From the NCBI GenBank assembly GCA_050331735.1, contig JBHJGN010000016.1, positions 1 to 64,000 on the forward strand: DNA of 64,000 bases, given 5' to 3'. Under the pieces are notes generated by a model that was not told the origin of the DNA, made no database searches, and was given only the letters and a program-made list of their open reading frames with translations. The position numbers were made by a program, and so were the translations under genes. Source of the stretch: Cyanophyceae cyanobacterium (GTDB taxonomy: Bacteria > Cyanobacteriota > Cyanobacteriia > Cyanobacteriales > JBHJGN01). Position 1 is the stretch's first letter; every line of letters starts with the position of its first letter. This document shows positions 29,057-39,452 of the stretch, piece by piece.

Positions 29057-30103
29057 ATGGAAAGACGACTGTTTATTAAGCTAGCCTCTTTATTTATTGT
29101 TGCTCTAGCAGGAACCAAGGTGCTTTCGGGCTGTTCCCAACAGACCACCGAACCTTCAACAGACCAATCTCAAACCGAGAGTCCTGAAACCGCCAGCTCA
29201 GAAATTGATGAATTGGTCTTTGGGATCATTTCTACCGAGTCTCAAGCTAACCAAAAACCCATTTGGGAGCCTTTTATTGAGGCAATGTCTGAGGAATTAG
29301 GAGTAACCGTTAAACCCTTTTACGTAACGCAGTACGCTGGCGTTATTGAGGGAATGCGAGCGGGCAACGTCGATATCGCCTGGTTTGGAGGTAAATCCTA
29401 TATTGAAGCCGCCGAAAGAGCCAATGCTGATGCTTTTGCCCAAACCGTCAACTCGGACGGCACTCAAGGTTACTACGCCTATCTAATCACGAATAGAGAT
29501 AATCCGATCGCTCAAGAAGTAGAAGGACAAAACGGCGACCAGTACGTGATTGAAAATGCCTCAGATATTACCTTTGCTTTTAACGATCCCAACTCCACCT
29601 CTGGCTATTTAGTCCCGAGCTACTATATTTTTGCTCAAAACGGGGTTAACCCAGAAGCGGCTTTTGAAAGACTCACCTTTGCTGGCAGCCACGAAGCAAC
29701 CGCTCTAGCCGTTGCCAACAATCAGGTGGACGTAGCCACCAACAACAGCGAATCACTAGATCGCCTCCAGGAAACCAATCCAGAAGCCCGCGACCAGATC
29801 GAGGTCATTTGGGAATCTGTGCAAATTCCCAGCGACCCCATTGCCTATCGAGAAGATTTACCGGAAGAGATCAAACAAGAAATCCGAGATTTCTTCTATG
29901 GCTACAGTGACCCTGCCGTTCTAGAACCTTTAGGCTGGTCTAATTTTGTTGAGGCGGGAGATGCGGACTGGAACCCGATTCGAGAGCTAGATATCGGCGA
30001 GCAGATTTTATCAGTGCAAAACAATCAAAGCCTCAGCGAGGAAGAAAAACAAACTCAGATTGAAGAACTGAACAAGCAGCTAGAAAAGATTAAGGGATCG
30101 TAA
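29057..30103 (+). CDS. phnD: Phosphonate ABC transporter substrate-binding lipoprotein
   Basis: Lipobox LSGC; GIISTES, DPNSTSGYLVP, GSHEA and DVATNN. Confidence 0.92.
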   Translation: MERRLFIKLASLFIVALAGTKVLSGCSQQTTEPSTDQSQTESPETASSEIDELVFGIISTESQANQKPIWEPFIEAMSEELGVTVKPFYVTQYAGVIEGMRAGNVDIAWFGGKSYIEAAERANADAFAQTVNSDGTQGYYAYLITNRDNPIAQEVEGQNGDQYVIENASDITFAFNDPNSTSGYLVPSYYIFAQNGVNPEAAFERLTFAGSHEATALAVANNQVDVATNNSESLDRLQETNPEARDQIEVIWESVQIPSDPIAYREDLPEEIKQEIRDFFYGYSDPAVLEPLGWSNFVEAGDADWNPIRELDIGEQILSVQNNQSLSEEEKQTQIEELNKQLEKIKGS

Positions 30104-30190
30104 GTCCCTGCGGGACGGGGAAAGTACACAGGATTGAGAAACAAGCTAATCAAGCTACCCTTTACCCCTTCCCCCTTCCCCTTTTCCCCG
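30103..30190. repeat. Mini-hairpin repeat (GTCCC-GCA-GGGAC on minus strand) with CCCCTTT-like tract, between phnD and phnE
   Basis: AGTCCCTGCGGGACGGGGAAAG at 30103-30124; pyrimidine heptamer tract at about 30157-30190. Confidence 0.65.
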
Positions 30191-30200
30191 TCTGCAAAGT

Positions 30201-31031
30201 TTGTGTAGTCTCTCAGCAACGAAAGAAATGATACAGGCTTCTCCTGACGTGAAGGCGATGCTGGAACGCGAGCAGAAGAAAATAACGCTGGCTCGCGTTC
30301 TCTATTTAGCAGCAGCGATCGCCATTCTGATTGTTTCCTACATCCGCAGCGAAATTGATTTTTGGGAGCTGCTTCAGGGCAGAAGCTCGATTATCAATCT
30401 GGTGAGAGAATTCTTTCCACCCGATTTCTCTTACTGGGAAGTTTACCTCGAAGAAACGCTAGCGACGATCGCGATGGGAATTTGGGGAACGCTGCTGGCG
30501 GCGATCGCTGCTGTGCCTCTGGCACTACTCGCATCTGAAAACGTCTGCCCGGTGTGGATTGTACAGCCAACGCGCCGGGTTTTGGATGCGATGCGAGCGA
30601 TTAACGAACTGGTATTTGCCCTGATTTTTATTGTTGCGGTGGGTTTAGGGCCGTTCGCCGGGGTGTTAGCGCTGTTTGTGCATACGGCTGGCACGTTAGG
30701 CAAGCTCTTCTCCGAGGCCGTTGAATCCATCGAACCGGGTCCGGTGGAAGGCATTCGCGCCACCGGCGCTAGCAAAGTCCAGGAAATTGTCTTCGGCGTA
30801 ATTCCCCAAGTCGTGCCTCTGTGGTCTTCTTTTACCCTGTATCGCTTTGAAGCCAACGTTCGTTCTGCTTCGGTCTTGGGAATTGTTGGGGCTGGCGGCA
30901 TTGGCGTTTCCCTCTATCAAAGCTTTCAGTCTTTTGACTATGGCAAAGTCTGCGCCATTTTAATCATTTTAATCGCCGCCACCAGCTTGATTGACTTTGT
31001 TTCCTCCAAAATCCGCAACTGGCTCGTTTAA
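30201..31031 (+). CDS. phnE: Phosphonate ABC transporter permease
   Basis: FFPPDF, GLGPFAGVLAL, EAVE...EGIRATGA and VLGIVGAGGIG. The start may be ATG 30228. Confidence 0.92.
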   Translation: MCSLSATKEMIQASPDVKAMLEREQKKITLARVLYLAAAIAILIVSYIRSEIDFWELLQGRSSIINLVREFFPPDFSYWEVYLEETLATIAMGIWGTLLAAIAAVPLALLASENVCPVWIVQPTRRVLDAMRAINELVFALIFIVAVGLGPFAGVLALFVHTAGTLGKLFSEAVESIEPGPVEGIRATGASKVQEIVFGVIPQVVPLWSSFTLYRFEANVRSASVLGIVGAGGIGVSLYQSFQSFDYGKVCAILIILIAATSLIDFVSSKIRNWLV

Positions 31032-31067
31032 TCCTGGTCAAACGAGCCACTCCTCCTGCCTGCTTCG

Positions 31068-32384
31068 CTAATTCGTAACCTCTTCGACTAACTTAGGAAC
31101 AGCCGCTGTCAAAATTTCGTGTCCTGCTGCCGTGACTAACACATCATCTTCAATGCGAATGCCGATGCCTCGCCACCGTTCCGGAACCTCCGGCTGACCT
31201 TCTGCTGGCTTAATATTGGGAGCAATATACAGTCCGGGTTCAACCGTTAGCACGTGACCGGGCTGTAGAGTTGTCCAAGACTCTTCACTGTGTTTGTAGA
31301 CCCCGGCATCGTGAACATCTAAGCCAAGCCAGTGACCGGTGCGGTGCATATAGAAGGGTTTGTATTTTTCTTCCTTAATCAGTTCCTCCAGATCTCCGAC
31401 TAGCAATCCAAGATCGATCAGTCCCTGCACCAAAACACACACGGCGATATCGTGAAACTCATTGTAAGGATTGCCCGGTCTCACTTCCTCTATGGCCTTG
31501 AGCTGTGCCTCTAACACCAGTTCATAGAGCGTCTGCTGTTCAGCGGTAAACTGGCCGCTTACGGGAAACGTGCGGGTAATATCGCCGTTGTAGTAGCCGT
31601 AGGAACAGCCGGCATCAATCAGCAAAAGCTCGTTATCCTGAATCTGTCCTGTGTTCTCTGTGTAGTGCAGGACGCAGGCATTCGCACCCGAGGCAACGAT
31701 CGAAGGATAGGCGGGGCCAATGCCGCCATGCAAACGAAAAGTATGTTCAATTTCTGCCTGCACTTCGTATTCAAACCGTCCGGGTTGAGCAAATTCCATC
31801 GCGCGGTGGTGGGCAGTGGCAGAAATTGTCGCTGCTTTCCGCATCATTTCTAGTTCAGCAGGACTTTTAACCAGGCGCATTGGATGCAGGATCAGATTGG
31901 TATCTTCGATCGCCACCGGACCGATGCCGCGTTTAGGATAAGTGGCAATCAGACGTTGCCAGTGCCGAAGGATGGTTTCATTAAAAGGGCGATCGCGCCC
32001 TAAATGGTAGTAAATGCGTTCCGCTTTTTCGAGATACTGCGGTAGCTTTTCATTCAGGTCTGTAATTGGGTAAGCTTCATCGGCGCCAAACCGTTCTTTA
32101 GCGGCTTCAACCCCAACGCGATATCCTGTCCAGGTTTCTTTCTCCAAGTCTTTAGGCTGTACAAACAGCACAAAGCGATGTTCTTCATGGTGAGGCGCTA
32201 ATACGGCCACCGCTTCTGCTTCATTAAAGCCCGTCAGGTAAAAGAAGTCACTGTCTTGGCGAAACACATACTCGACATCATTATGCATCACAGCCATCGG
32301 AGCGCTGCGAAAAATCGCGGTTCCGCGACCAATCTTAGCCATGAGCTGTTCGCGGCGATCGCGGTATTCTTGGAGATCAACCAT
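31068..32384 (-). CDS. pepP: Xaa-Pro aminopeptidase (aminopeptidase P)
   Basis: FRQDSDFFYLTG, LIDAG...DITRTF, HRTGHWLGLDVHD, TVEPGLY and GIRIEDD. Confidence 0.95.
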   Translation of the reverse strand: MVDLQEYRDRREQLMAKIGRGTAIFRSAPMAVMHNDVEYVFRQDSDFFYLTGFNEAEAVAVLAPHHEEHRFVLFVQPKDLEKETWTGYRVGVEAAKERFGADEAYPITDLNEKLPQYLEKAERIYYHLGRDRPFNETILRHWQRLIATYPKRGIGPVAIEDTNLILHPMRLVKSPAELEMMRKAATISATAHHRAMEFAQPGRFEYEVQAEIEHTFRLHGGIGPAYPSIVASGANACVLHYTENTGQIQDNELLLIDAGCSYGYYNGDITRTFPVSGQFTAEQQTLYELVLEAQLKAIEEVRPGNPYNEFHDIAVCVLVQGLIDLGLLVGDLEELIKEEKYKPFYMHRTGHWLGLDVHDAGVYKHSEESWTTLQPGHVLTVEPGLYIAPNIKPAEGQPEVPERWRGIGIRIEDDVLVTAAGHEILTAAVPKLVEEVTN

Positions 32385-32734
32385 AGCGGAGGAGAATCAT
32401 GAGAACGGTTACTTACTTATTATGTGCATAGGCATAGTTAGCAAATATTATATTTCCTAGAACACCGGATTTCTAATATCAAAGACTAAAATTATCCTGA
32501 CAAGGGCAATCGCAAGTATTTAAATTTAATATAGCCAAAGCCCAAAATCTGGTTCTGGCCTATCAAGAAAGCAACTATTTATTACTCAGAAGATAGGAAA
32601 CTGAATCAGATCCCGTTGAGTTAGTGGTTTTAGCTGCTTGTCAAACGGCTAAATTGTCCCTCGCTACTGAGATATATTTGTCGCTGAAAATAATTTAAGA
32701 TATAAAGCCGAACAACGCCACAGGTGGAGGAGTC

Positions 32735-34066
32735 ATGCCCAAAATTCGTTTAGCCCTAGCAGTCGGAGTGGCAAAAACAGTGACGGCGATGGTGCGTCGC
32801 TTAGGCTTAGGGGCAGCAAGCGTTCTCCCCGGAGAAGTTTCCCGTCGCCTGCATCCTCGCCTTCTCTCTCTGCTCTGCGAACAGGTTCAGGGCGTGATCT
32901 TGATCGTGGGCACGAATGGCAAAACCACAACCTCGCTACTGCTGCGCACGATTTTTGAAAATCAAGGCTGGAAAGTCACTCACAATGCGACGGGGGCAAA
33001 CCTCCTCAACGGCTTAGTCACAGCGCTGTTGGCAGACACCAATTTAGTTGGCAAGCTGAACGCCGACTATGCCATCCTAGAAGTAGACGAAAATGTGCTT
33101 CCCCTGGTCTTAAAAGACTGTCACCCTCGATTTATTCTCGGTTTAAATCTCTTTCGAGATCAGCTCGATCGCTACGGAGAGGTAGACACTATCAGTCAGC
33201 GCTGGCAACAGGCCATTTCTGCTTTACCTCCCGACACGGTTGTTGTGCTCAACGCTGACGATCCGGCGCTTTCCTACCTGGGGCAGCAGCTTCCGCAGAA
33301 GGTATTATTTTTTGGCCTCAGCGAACCCGAACTCTATCTTGATGCTATCCCCCATGCGGTAGATTCTATCTATTGCCCTGCCTGCGGTCATCTGCTGGAC
33401 TACCGGGGCGTGTATCTGTCCCACCTCGGAGATTTTGATTGTCCGAACTGCGACTTCGGCAAGAGTCAGCCAGCATTCGATAGTCGTAACTGGCCCCAAA
33501 TCCTGATCGGAGTTTATAACAAGTACAATACCTTAGCTGCGGGTCTAGTCGCCAAAGAAATTGGCGTTGAGGTAGCTGATATTTTCAACACTGTCAAAAA
33601 CTTTCGCGCGGCTTTTGGGCGGGCAGAAGAATTAACGATCGAGGGCAAACACGTCAGGATTTTGCTGTCTAAAAATCCTGTGGGCATGAATGAAACAATT
33701 CGCGCCGTGAACGATATCAAGCAGGCAGGCAAGGCATCCACCACCTTAGTAGTGCTTAATGATCGCATTCCCGACGGCACTGATGTCTCCTGGATTTGGG
33801 ATGTAGATACCGAGAAATTAGTGAGTTTAGGGGGAACAATTGTGATCAGTGGCGATCGCCTCTACGATATGGCGCTCCGTTTAGAATACAGCCGCGATCA
33901 GCAGGGCAATACTGATGATCTAGCTCTCATTGTCGAAGAAGATTTGCAGCAGGCGATTACCACAGCCCTTAAACAGACTCCAGACGATGAAACTCTTCAT
34001 ATTCTGCCGACGTATTCAGCCATGCTGGAAGTCCGGCAAATCCTCACTGGACGCAAGATATTATAA
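32735..34066 (+). CDS. murT: MurT-like Mur ligase (DUF1727)
   Basis: GTNGKTTT, LEVDE, NLFRDQLDRYGE, CPAC/CPNC zinc site, KNPVG, DGTDVSWIWD and LPTYSAML. Confidence 0.85.
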   Translation: MPKIRLALAVGVAKTVTAMVRRLGLGAASVLPGEVSRRLHPRLLSLLCEQVQGVILIVGTNGKTTTSLLLRTIFENQGWKVTHNATGANLLNGLVTALLADTNLVGKLNADYAILEVDENVLPLVLKDCHPRFILGLNLFRDQLDRYGEVDTISQRWQQAISALPPDTVVVLNADDPALSYLGQQLPQKVLFFGLSEPELYLDAIPHAVDSIYCPACGHLLDYRGVYLSHLGDFDCPNCDFGKSQPAFDSRNWPQILIGVYNKYNTLAAGLVAKEIGVEVADIFNTVKNFRAAFGRAEELTIEGKHVRILLSKNPVGMNETIRAVNDIKQAGKASTTLVVLNDRIPDGTDVSWIWDVDTEKLVSLGGTIVISGDRLYDMALRLEYSRDQQGNTDDLALIVEEDLQQAITTALKQTPDDETLHILPTYSAMLEVRQILTGRKIL

Positions 34067-34092
34067 AGGGGCCTCTTCTGCTGGTCGTAGTC

Positions 34093-34716
34093 CTAGGCTG
34101 AGTTCGCTTCTTCCCTGGCTTGATTGAGAATTTTCCGAACTCGCTTCTGGATTCGCTTCACTTTCCGAGACCAGTTGGCCCCGCTCGCATAGTTCTCCGC
34201 GAGCTTATCAATGTTTGCCACTTCCCCGTTTGTCAGCTTATCGACGGTTGTCGCAAAGATGTTGAAGCACTCAGAGGGATCGGGACAGGTTTCGTACTGA
34301 ATCGTTCTACCGCGCTTCACCCTAGCCACACAATCGTCGCTGACACAGCGCAGTCCAAAGTGGTTATTTTGGCCAATAACATGCTTTCCCCAACCAGTTT
34401 CCAAGATGGCGATCGCCAACGTCATCTCAACGGGAATGCCTTGCTCTTGCTGAATTCTGGCGGCTTCAGGCAAGAGTTGATTGATGTAGGGTTTAGCGGT
34501 TTCCAACTGGGCAACAGAAAGATGAGGTTGAGAGGAATCGGCACGAGCGCTATTGGAGGAAGAACCGTCTTGGGAGCTGGATGATACTTGTGCATCAGAG
34601 GGGAAAGCCTCTGTTGGCTTAGAAAAGGTTGACTCAGAGCCTGAGCAGGAAGTTAAACCGATAACAATTGTTGCTACACTTACCCACAGAAAAAGCTCAG
34701 ACCGAATCAATTTCAT
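34093..34716 (-). CDS. GH73 glucosaminidase-domain lipoprotein
   Basis: Lipobox LTSC; AIAILETGWG, NNHFGL and YA motifs of FlgJ-like glucosaminidases. Confidence 0.75.
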   Translation of the reverse strand: MKLIRSELFLWVSVATIVIGLTSCSGSESTFSKPTEAFPSDAQVSSSSQDGSSSNSARADSSQPHLSVAQLETAKPYINQLLPEAARIQQEQGIPVEMTLAIAILETGWGKHVIGQNNHFGLRCVSDDCVARVKRGRTIQYETCPDPSECFNIFATTVDKLTNGEVANIDKLAENYASGANWSRKVKRIQKRVRKILNQAREEANSA

Positions 34717-34897
34717 CGTTTTCTTGCTGTGACCACAAACTTCTTATACAACAGATTGGGAAAAAAAATAGAGCTGAATTTCCCAGAAAACACTGCTTGA
34801 GCCAATCGTCGTTAAATTTACTCTTCAAAAGTTGAGGCTTTTATTACTAAACTAAGATAGCAGTATTAGCCTGTAGCTTAGCTATCATTGCCTATCA

Positions 34898-36781
34898 ATG
34901 TCTAAATTTGTAGTCAAGCCTCTCGGGGCAGTGCTACAGCAGGCTGGTTTAGTCTCAGCAGCACAACTAGAAACGGCTCTTCAAGAACAAGCTCACTCTC
35001 GTCTCCGGCTCGGAGAAATTCTCGCGGCTCATGGTTGGATAAAACTAGAAACAGCAGAGTTTTTTGTTTTGAAATGGTCTGTTGCCTTAAAAAGACCGAA
35101 GCAGCGGCTCGGAAAGTATTTTAAACAAGCTGCCCTCTTGAGTGAAGCGCAAATTCAGACGATCCTCTTTGAGCAAAAGCAGACTAAGCAAAAATTTGGA
35201 GAAATAGCGGTTGACAAAGGATGGCTCGCTCCAAACACCCTGGACTTTTTTGTGCAGTTCCAGGCTTCTTTACCTAAAAAAAGACTCACTCCAGAACGGC
35301 TGATCCATGATTGGCTCAGTTCTTCTGAAGATCGCGAACTAAGGAATATTCGCGCTCGCCTGCTTTATAGTCAGCAGTGCAATCCTTTTTGGGTGCTAGA
35401 GCTTTATCGACAGATTTTACAGCAGGGGGCCATTGACAGCGATGGTTCCCCAGAGCAGCAGGAGCTGTTGATATCTGGTTTGGTTATCAAACAGCAGGGC
35501 AAATTAACAGTGGCTAAACCCATTTACGCTTCAGTTTTTAATCAAAATTGGGTAGAAAAACAGCAAAAACAACTGCAACCCCATCGACAAATTAAACTGA
35601 GGCTTGAGCAAAAAGTTGAATCTCCCTATAAAATTCTCGAAGAAATCCTGCTCTGGACAAATCGCCAACCTTGGCTAGCCCAAAAGCTGTGTCAAATGGT
35701 CTGTCAATCTCAACACTTCATTGTGTCAGGAGAGGAGGCTCAACGGATTGAGCAGATCGTGCAGACTGCGATGGTGAGGGATTGGCAACATGGGGTAGCG
35801 GCTGAGCACTTATTTGCAGTGCGCGATCGCCTCCTCGACTCTTCTGCTTGTCCCCCCACTCATGTCCTGTTGCACTACCTCCAAATTTGGCAGCAAGGAC
35901 AGGTTTCTGCCGATGGCAGTCTAGAACAGGCAGCGCTGCTCAATTCAGGACTTGTGGTTGAGCAGCAAAATGCTCTCAAAGTGGCTAATCCAATTTATCG
36001 TGCTGTTTTCGATCAAAGCTGGGTCATGCACGAGATGAAGAACCTGCTGCCGGGGAGTGAGCCGCTTAGCATAGCAGAGTCTTCCCCACAGCAGCCAGTC
36101 ACAGCAGCACCAATGCCGAACCGGAGGTGGCTAGAAAGGGCCGTTTTCGTGTTTATTAGTGCCGCCTTAACCGGAATTTTAGCAGCAATGGTCTTCAATT
36201 TTCAGCAAACACAACGCTTCCTCGAGTCACCTTCTCATTCCACCGTAGAACCAGTTCAACCGCCACCAAAAGCGGTTTTTCCCCCGATTCAAGAGGCTTC
36301 TCCAGATACCGAATCTTCATTCTCACCAGCAGAGGTTTCTCCTCTTCCAGAACCCGAGGAAGAAGCAACTGCCAGTAACGTTCCCACGTTTACGATCGGA
36401 ACGCCTGAGAAGGAAGTTTTGCAGGCTTTGGGAGAACCAGACTGGATCAGGAATGGATATTGGGCCAACAGTCGTGCTTGGCTTTACCAAGATATTGTTC
36501 CCGGTCAGGTTGATTTGGGCTATTTGTTTGATGTTGATACGCAAACGCTGCGCCAAACCGAAATTGCTTTTGCTCCAACAGCAGATTTAGAGACAATTCA
36601 GCAAACCCTACAGGCATTACTGCCTGATCGCATTTCAGACTCTGCCCAATCGGGACTTGTACAAGTGTATCAACGGCGAATCAAGCAATACTCGTTTCGA
36701 GCCGGGACTTTAGAAGGAATTATTCAGCGCAACGAAGAAGACCAAATCTATATTGGTATCTGGGATGCTGATTTTCATTGA
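34898..36781 (+). CDS. Membrane protein with tandem MshEN-like motifs, duplicated helical domain, TM and periplasmic C-terminal domain
   Basis: PLGAVLQQAGLVSAAQLETALQEQ / RLGEILAAHGWI / RLGKYFKQAALLS / KFGEIAVDKGWL; two copies of IRxRLL...LLxSGLV..Q..L.VA.PIY..VF...WV. Confidence 0.7.
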   Translation: MSKFVVKPLGAVLQQAGLVSAAQLETALQEQAHSRLRLGEILAAHGWIKLETAEFFVLKWSVALKRPKQRLGKYFKQAALLSEAQIQTILFEQKQTKQKFGEIAVDKGWLAPNTLDFFVQFQASLPKKRLTPERLIHDWLSSSEDRELRNIRARLLYSQQCNPFWVLELYRQILQQGAIDSDGSPEQQELLISGLVIKQQGKLTVAKPIYASVFNQNWVEKQQKQLQPHRQIKLRLEQKVESPYKILEEILLWTNRQPWLAQKLCQMVCQSQHFIVSGEEAQRIEQIVQTAMVRDWQHGVAAEHLFAVRDRLLDSSACPPTHVLLHYLQIWQQGQVSADGSLEQAALLNSGLVVEQQNALKVANPIYRAVFDQSWVMHEMKNLLPGSEPLSIAESSPQQPVTAAPMPNRRWLERAVFVFISAALTGILAAMVFNFQQTQRFLESPSHSTVEPVQPPPKAVFPPIQEASPDTESSFSPAEVSPLPEPEEEATASNVPTFTIGTPEKEVLQALGEPDWIRNGYWANSRAWLYQDIVPGQVDLGYLFDVDTQTLRQTEIAFAPTADLETIQQTLQALLPDRISDSAQSGLVQVYQRRIKQYSFRAGTLEGIIQRNEEDQIYIGIWDADFH

Positions 36782-36879
36782 GCAATCTGAATGCTCTAGA
36801 GACTTATCCTTCCCCCGACAACTGAATCGGGAGATATCTTCGTTATGTGATGCGTTTTCGATTGAAAGACTCAGACTAG

Positions 36880-37653
36880 CTAGGGGAATGTGCGATCACG
36901 CACGTCTGCTGCAAACTCCTGAGCGGCTTGAGTAATAATTTTCCGTAAGTTGACGTAAGCCTTAGCAAAAGGCGGTCTTTTCTGGGATAACCCAAGCAAA
37001 TCGGCAGTGACTAACACTTGACCGTCACAATCGGGTCCAGCGCCGATGCCGATGGTGGGAATGGAGAGTTTAGCGGTAATGTGGGCGGCTAAATCAGCAG
37101 GGACGTGTTCTAGAATGATAGCGAAAGCTCCTGCCTCAGAAAGAGCGATCGCCTCGGCTAGAATCCGCTCAGCCTCCTCTGCTGTTTTGCCCTGCTGCGC
37201 GTACCCTAATCGATGTACCGCTTGGGGAGTCAAGCCCACATGCCCCATCACCGGAATACCGATACTTGTAAGGGTCGCGACTGTTTGGGCGATCGCCGGA
37301 TACCCTCCTTCGACCTTCACGGCCTGGACTCCTGTTTCCTTCAGCGCCCTGCCTGCCGCTTGAATCGCTCGTTCGGTACTGCCTTGATAGCTAAGAAACG
37401 GTAAATCGCACACCACCAGCGCTCGATGAACCCCGCGACGCACCGCCGCCGCATGGTGCAGCATTTCCTCGAGCGTTACTGGTAGAGTTGTTGGATGTCC
37501 TAGCGCGACCATTGCCAGGGAGTCCCCCACCAAAATCACATCCACTCCCGCTTCATCTAAGACCTGGGCGATGCCGTAATCCCAAGCCGTCAGCGTGATA
37601 ATCGGACGACTTTGCTGCTTCCATTTGCTGAGTTGCCCAGGAGTAACCGCCAT
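36880..37653 (-). CDS. panB: 3-methyl-2-oxobutanoate hydroxymethyltransferase
   Basis: [23 protein letters not shown] and [15 protein letters not shown]. Confidence 0.96.
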   Translation of the reverse strand: MAVTPGQLSKWKQQSRPIITLTAWDYGIAQVLDEAGVDVILVGDSLAMVALGHPTTLPVTLEEMLHHAAAVRRGVHRALVVCDLPFLSYQGSTERAIQAAGRALKETGVQAVKVEGGYPAIAQTVATLTSIGIPVMGHVGLTPQAVHRLGYAQQGKTAEEAERILAEAIALSEAGAFAIILEHVPADLAAHITAKLSIPTIGIGAGPDCDGQVLVTADLLGLSQKRPPFAKAYVNLRKIITQAAQEFAADVRDRTFP

Positions 37654-37671
37654 AATGCTCGTTATGTGAGG

Positions 37672-38346
37672 TCAATCGCGAGTCGCTTCTAAAATCCGCG
37701 AGAAGTAAAAGCGTGTACTGGTCATGCCGTTACGTTGCAGGGAAAACCCGTTGCTTTTAAGCATATTAACGATATCGGCTTCCCGATGCTGATAGGCACG
37801 GGTGGTCTTACTCGGTCCCGGGAAAAACTCGCCTACTTTTTTTAGTATAGAAAGCCAGAATGTTTTTGGAGCAAAGCTGATAATCAAGCGCGACTCGGCG
37901 AGCGAGGCTAAATGAGCAATCATCTGGGCGGCATCTTTCTGGGGGTAGTGAATTAGCACATCCAAACAGACAACGGTGTGATATTGACCGCCCAAAGATT
38001 CTAAATCCTGAACGGCGAACGTCACGCCAGCTAAACCCCCGGCGCGGTGCTTCGCTTCCTCGACCATCTTTTCAGAAATATCGCTAGCAAAAACCTTAGC
38101 CCCAGCTTGAGCGAGGGGAATACTCAAGCTGCCTACGCCACACCCGGCATCACAAACAGAAATTGAATCTAAGTTCCCGTCTGCTTTGAGCCAGTCTAGA
38201 ACGGTGTCAATGGTTTGCTGATGGCCAATCCGGATATCGTTCTGGACTTTACTGACCTCGACCTCTCCATAAATGCGTCGCCAGCGTTCAAAGCCAGTGG
38301 TGTTGAAATATTCCTTGACAACGGCTTTATCGTCTACGGTGTTCAT
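37672..38346 (-). CDS. chlM: Mg-protoporphyrin IX methyltransferase
   Basis: YFNTTGFERWRRIYG, DAGCGVG, CLDVLIHYP, SFAPKT and FPGPSKTTRAY. Confidence 0.96.
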   Translation of the reverse strand: MNTVDDKAVVKEYFNTTGFERWRRIYGEVEVSKVQNDIRIGHQQTIDTVLDWLKADGNLDSISVCDAGCGVGSLSIPLAQAGAKVFASDISEKMVEEAKHRAGGLAGVTFAVQDLESLGGQYHTVVCLDVLIHYPQKDAAQMIAHLASLAESRLIISFAPKTFWLSILKKVGEFFPGPSKTTRAYQHREADIVNMLKSNGFSLQRNGMTSTRFYFSRILEATRD

Positions 38347-38601
38347 GGACAGAGTGGGAATAAATTGGGGACGGATAATTACTTTACCAAGTATTCTTAT
38401 TTCAATTGTTTTTATTGACGAAATAGATATATTTTTGGGCGGACGCAGCGTAGACTAACACAATAGGCTGGTGTTGATTGCTGATGGTTGCTCGTTTGCC
38501 CTCCACTAGATGTTTATTGATTCAAGGAGCGTGAGAGCGATGGACTGGTGATAGGAGGAGAGCCAATGACCACATGATGTTTACCTTAAGCACTGCACCG
38601 C

Positions 38602-38979
38602 TCAGCTAATTCTGTGTCCTGCTTGAGAGAGGACTGCTATTGCTTGCTCCAAATACTCTTCTTTAACCAGGAGGTAGTCTGTGTTGTAAGTCGAGATCGC
38701 AAAAATGGGGATGTTGGCTTCCGCTAAAGGAGAGGCGAGGGCTGCTAAAATTCCGATGAGGGAGAAATCGAGAGGTCCGGCTACTTGCAGACAGCGCCAG
38801 CGATCACCCCGCATTAATTCCGGCACACAAGCAAGGGGACAAACAATCGACAGTTCATCACGGCATCGCGTTATTGACACAAAACTGCCCGTCGCCCAGT
38901 CAGGAATGGCACTGGTGGGTGCAAGTTGACAAATCGTGAATACGTCTGGCAAGACACCAAGGGTAAGTTGAAGCGCCAT
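38602..38979 (-). CDS. ACT-domain protein (ACT_7/CASTOR-like)
   Basis: SITRCRDELSIV...GPLDFSLIGILA...IFAISTYNTDYLLV. Confidence 0.85.
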   Translation of the reverse strand: MALQLTLGVLPDVFTICQLAPTSAIPDWATGSFVSITRCRDELSIVCPLACVPELMRGDRWRCLQVAGPLDFSLIGILAALASPLAEANIPIFAISTYNTDYLLVKEEYLEQAIAVLSQAGHRIS

Positions 38980-39106
38980 TACTGCTCGAGAATTGCTGCT
39001 GATATACTGCTGACATGGCTCACTTCAAATTTTGGCAGTCCAAGTTAGATGACGCAACGTCATTGTCAAAACACGAATCAAGATATCGATTTATTGAAGA
39101 CACAAG

Positions 39107-39274
39107 ATGAATGACGCGCTCGATTCCAAAATGACTCAGCTAAAGCAGTTATGCCAGCAATACAAAGTGATTCGCATGGAACTATTTGGGCTAGCTCGCT
39201 ACAGCCATTCCCAAGCCGATGATGAGCGTTCCCACAGAATTGGGGGGCAGGGTGGTAACACTGAGGGACAATAG
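39107..39274 (+). pseudogene. Truncated minimal nucleotidyltransferase (MntA-like) remnant
   Basis: MNDALDSKMTQLKQLCQQYKVIRMELFGLAR... resembles the MNT N-terminus (LCxxYxVxxLxLFGS). It then diverges and stops with no SDxD motif. Confidence 0.5.
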
Positions 39275-39452
39275 TAGCATTGGGCTGATGAAGCTGCGCT
39301 CTTCAACTTTTCGCCAGAATGTCATATTACTAAAAAAACTGGTATCAATATTTACAACGGTGGGCGAATTTCCTAAAATGACACTCGACCTAAAATTGCT
39401 CTGACTGCGATCGCGGTTGAGCACTGCTCACACTGTTTGCCTGTAGTTAAAG

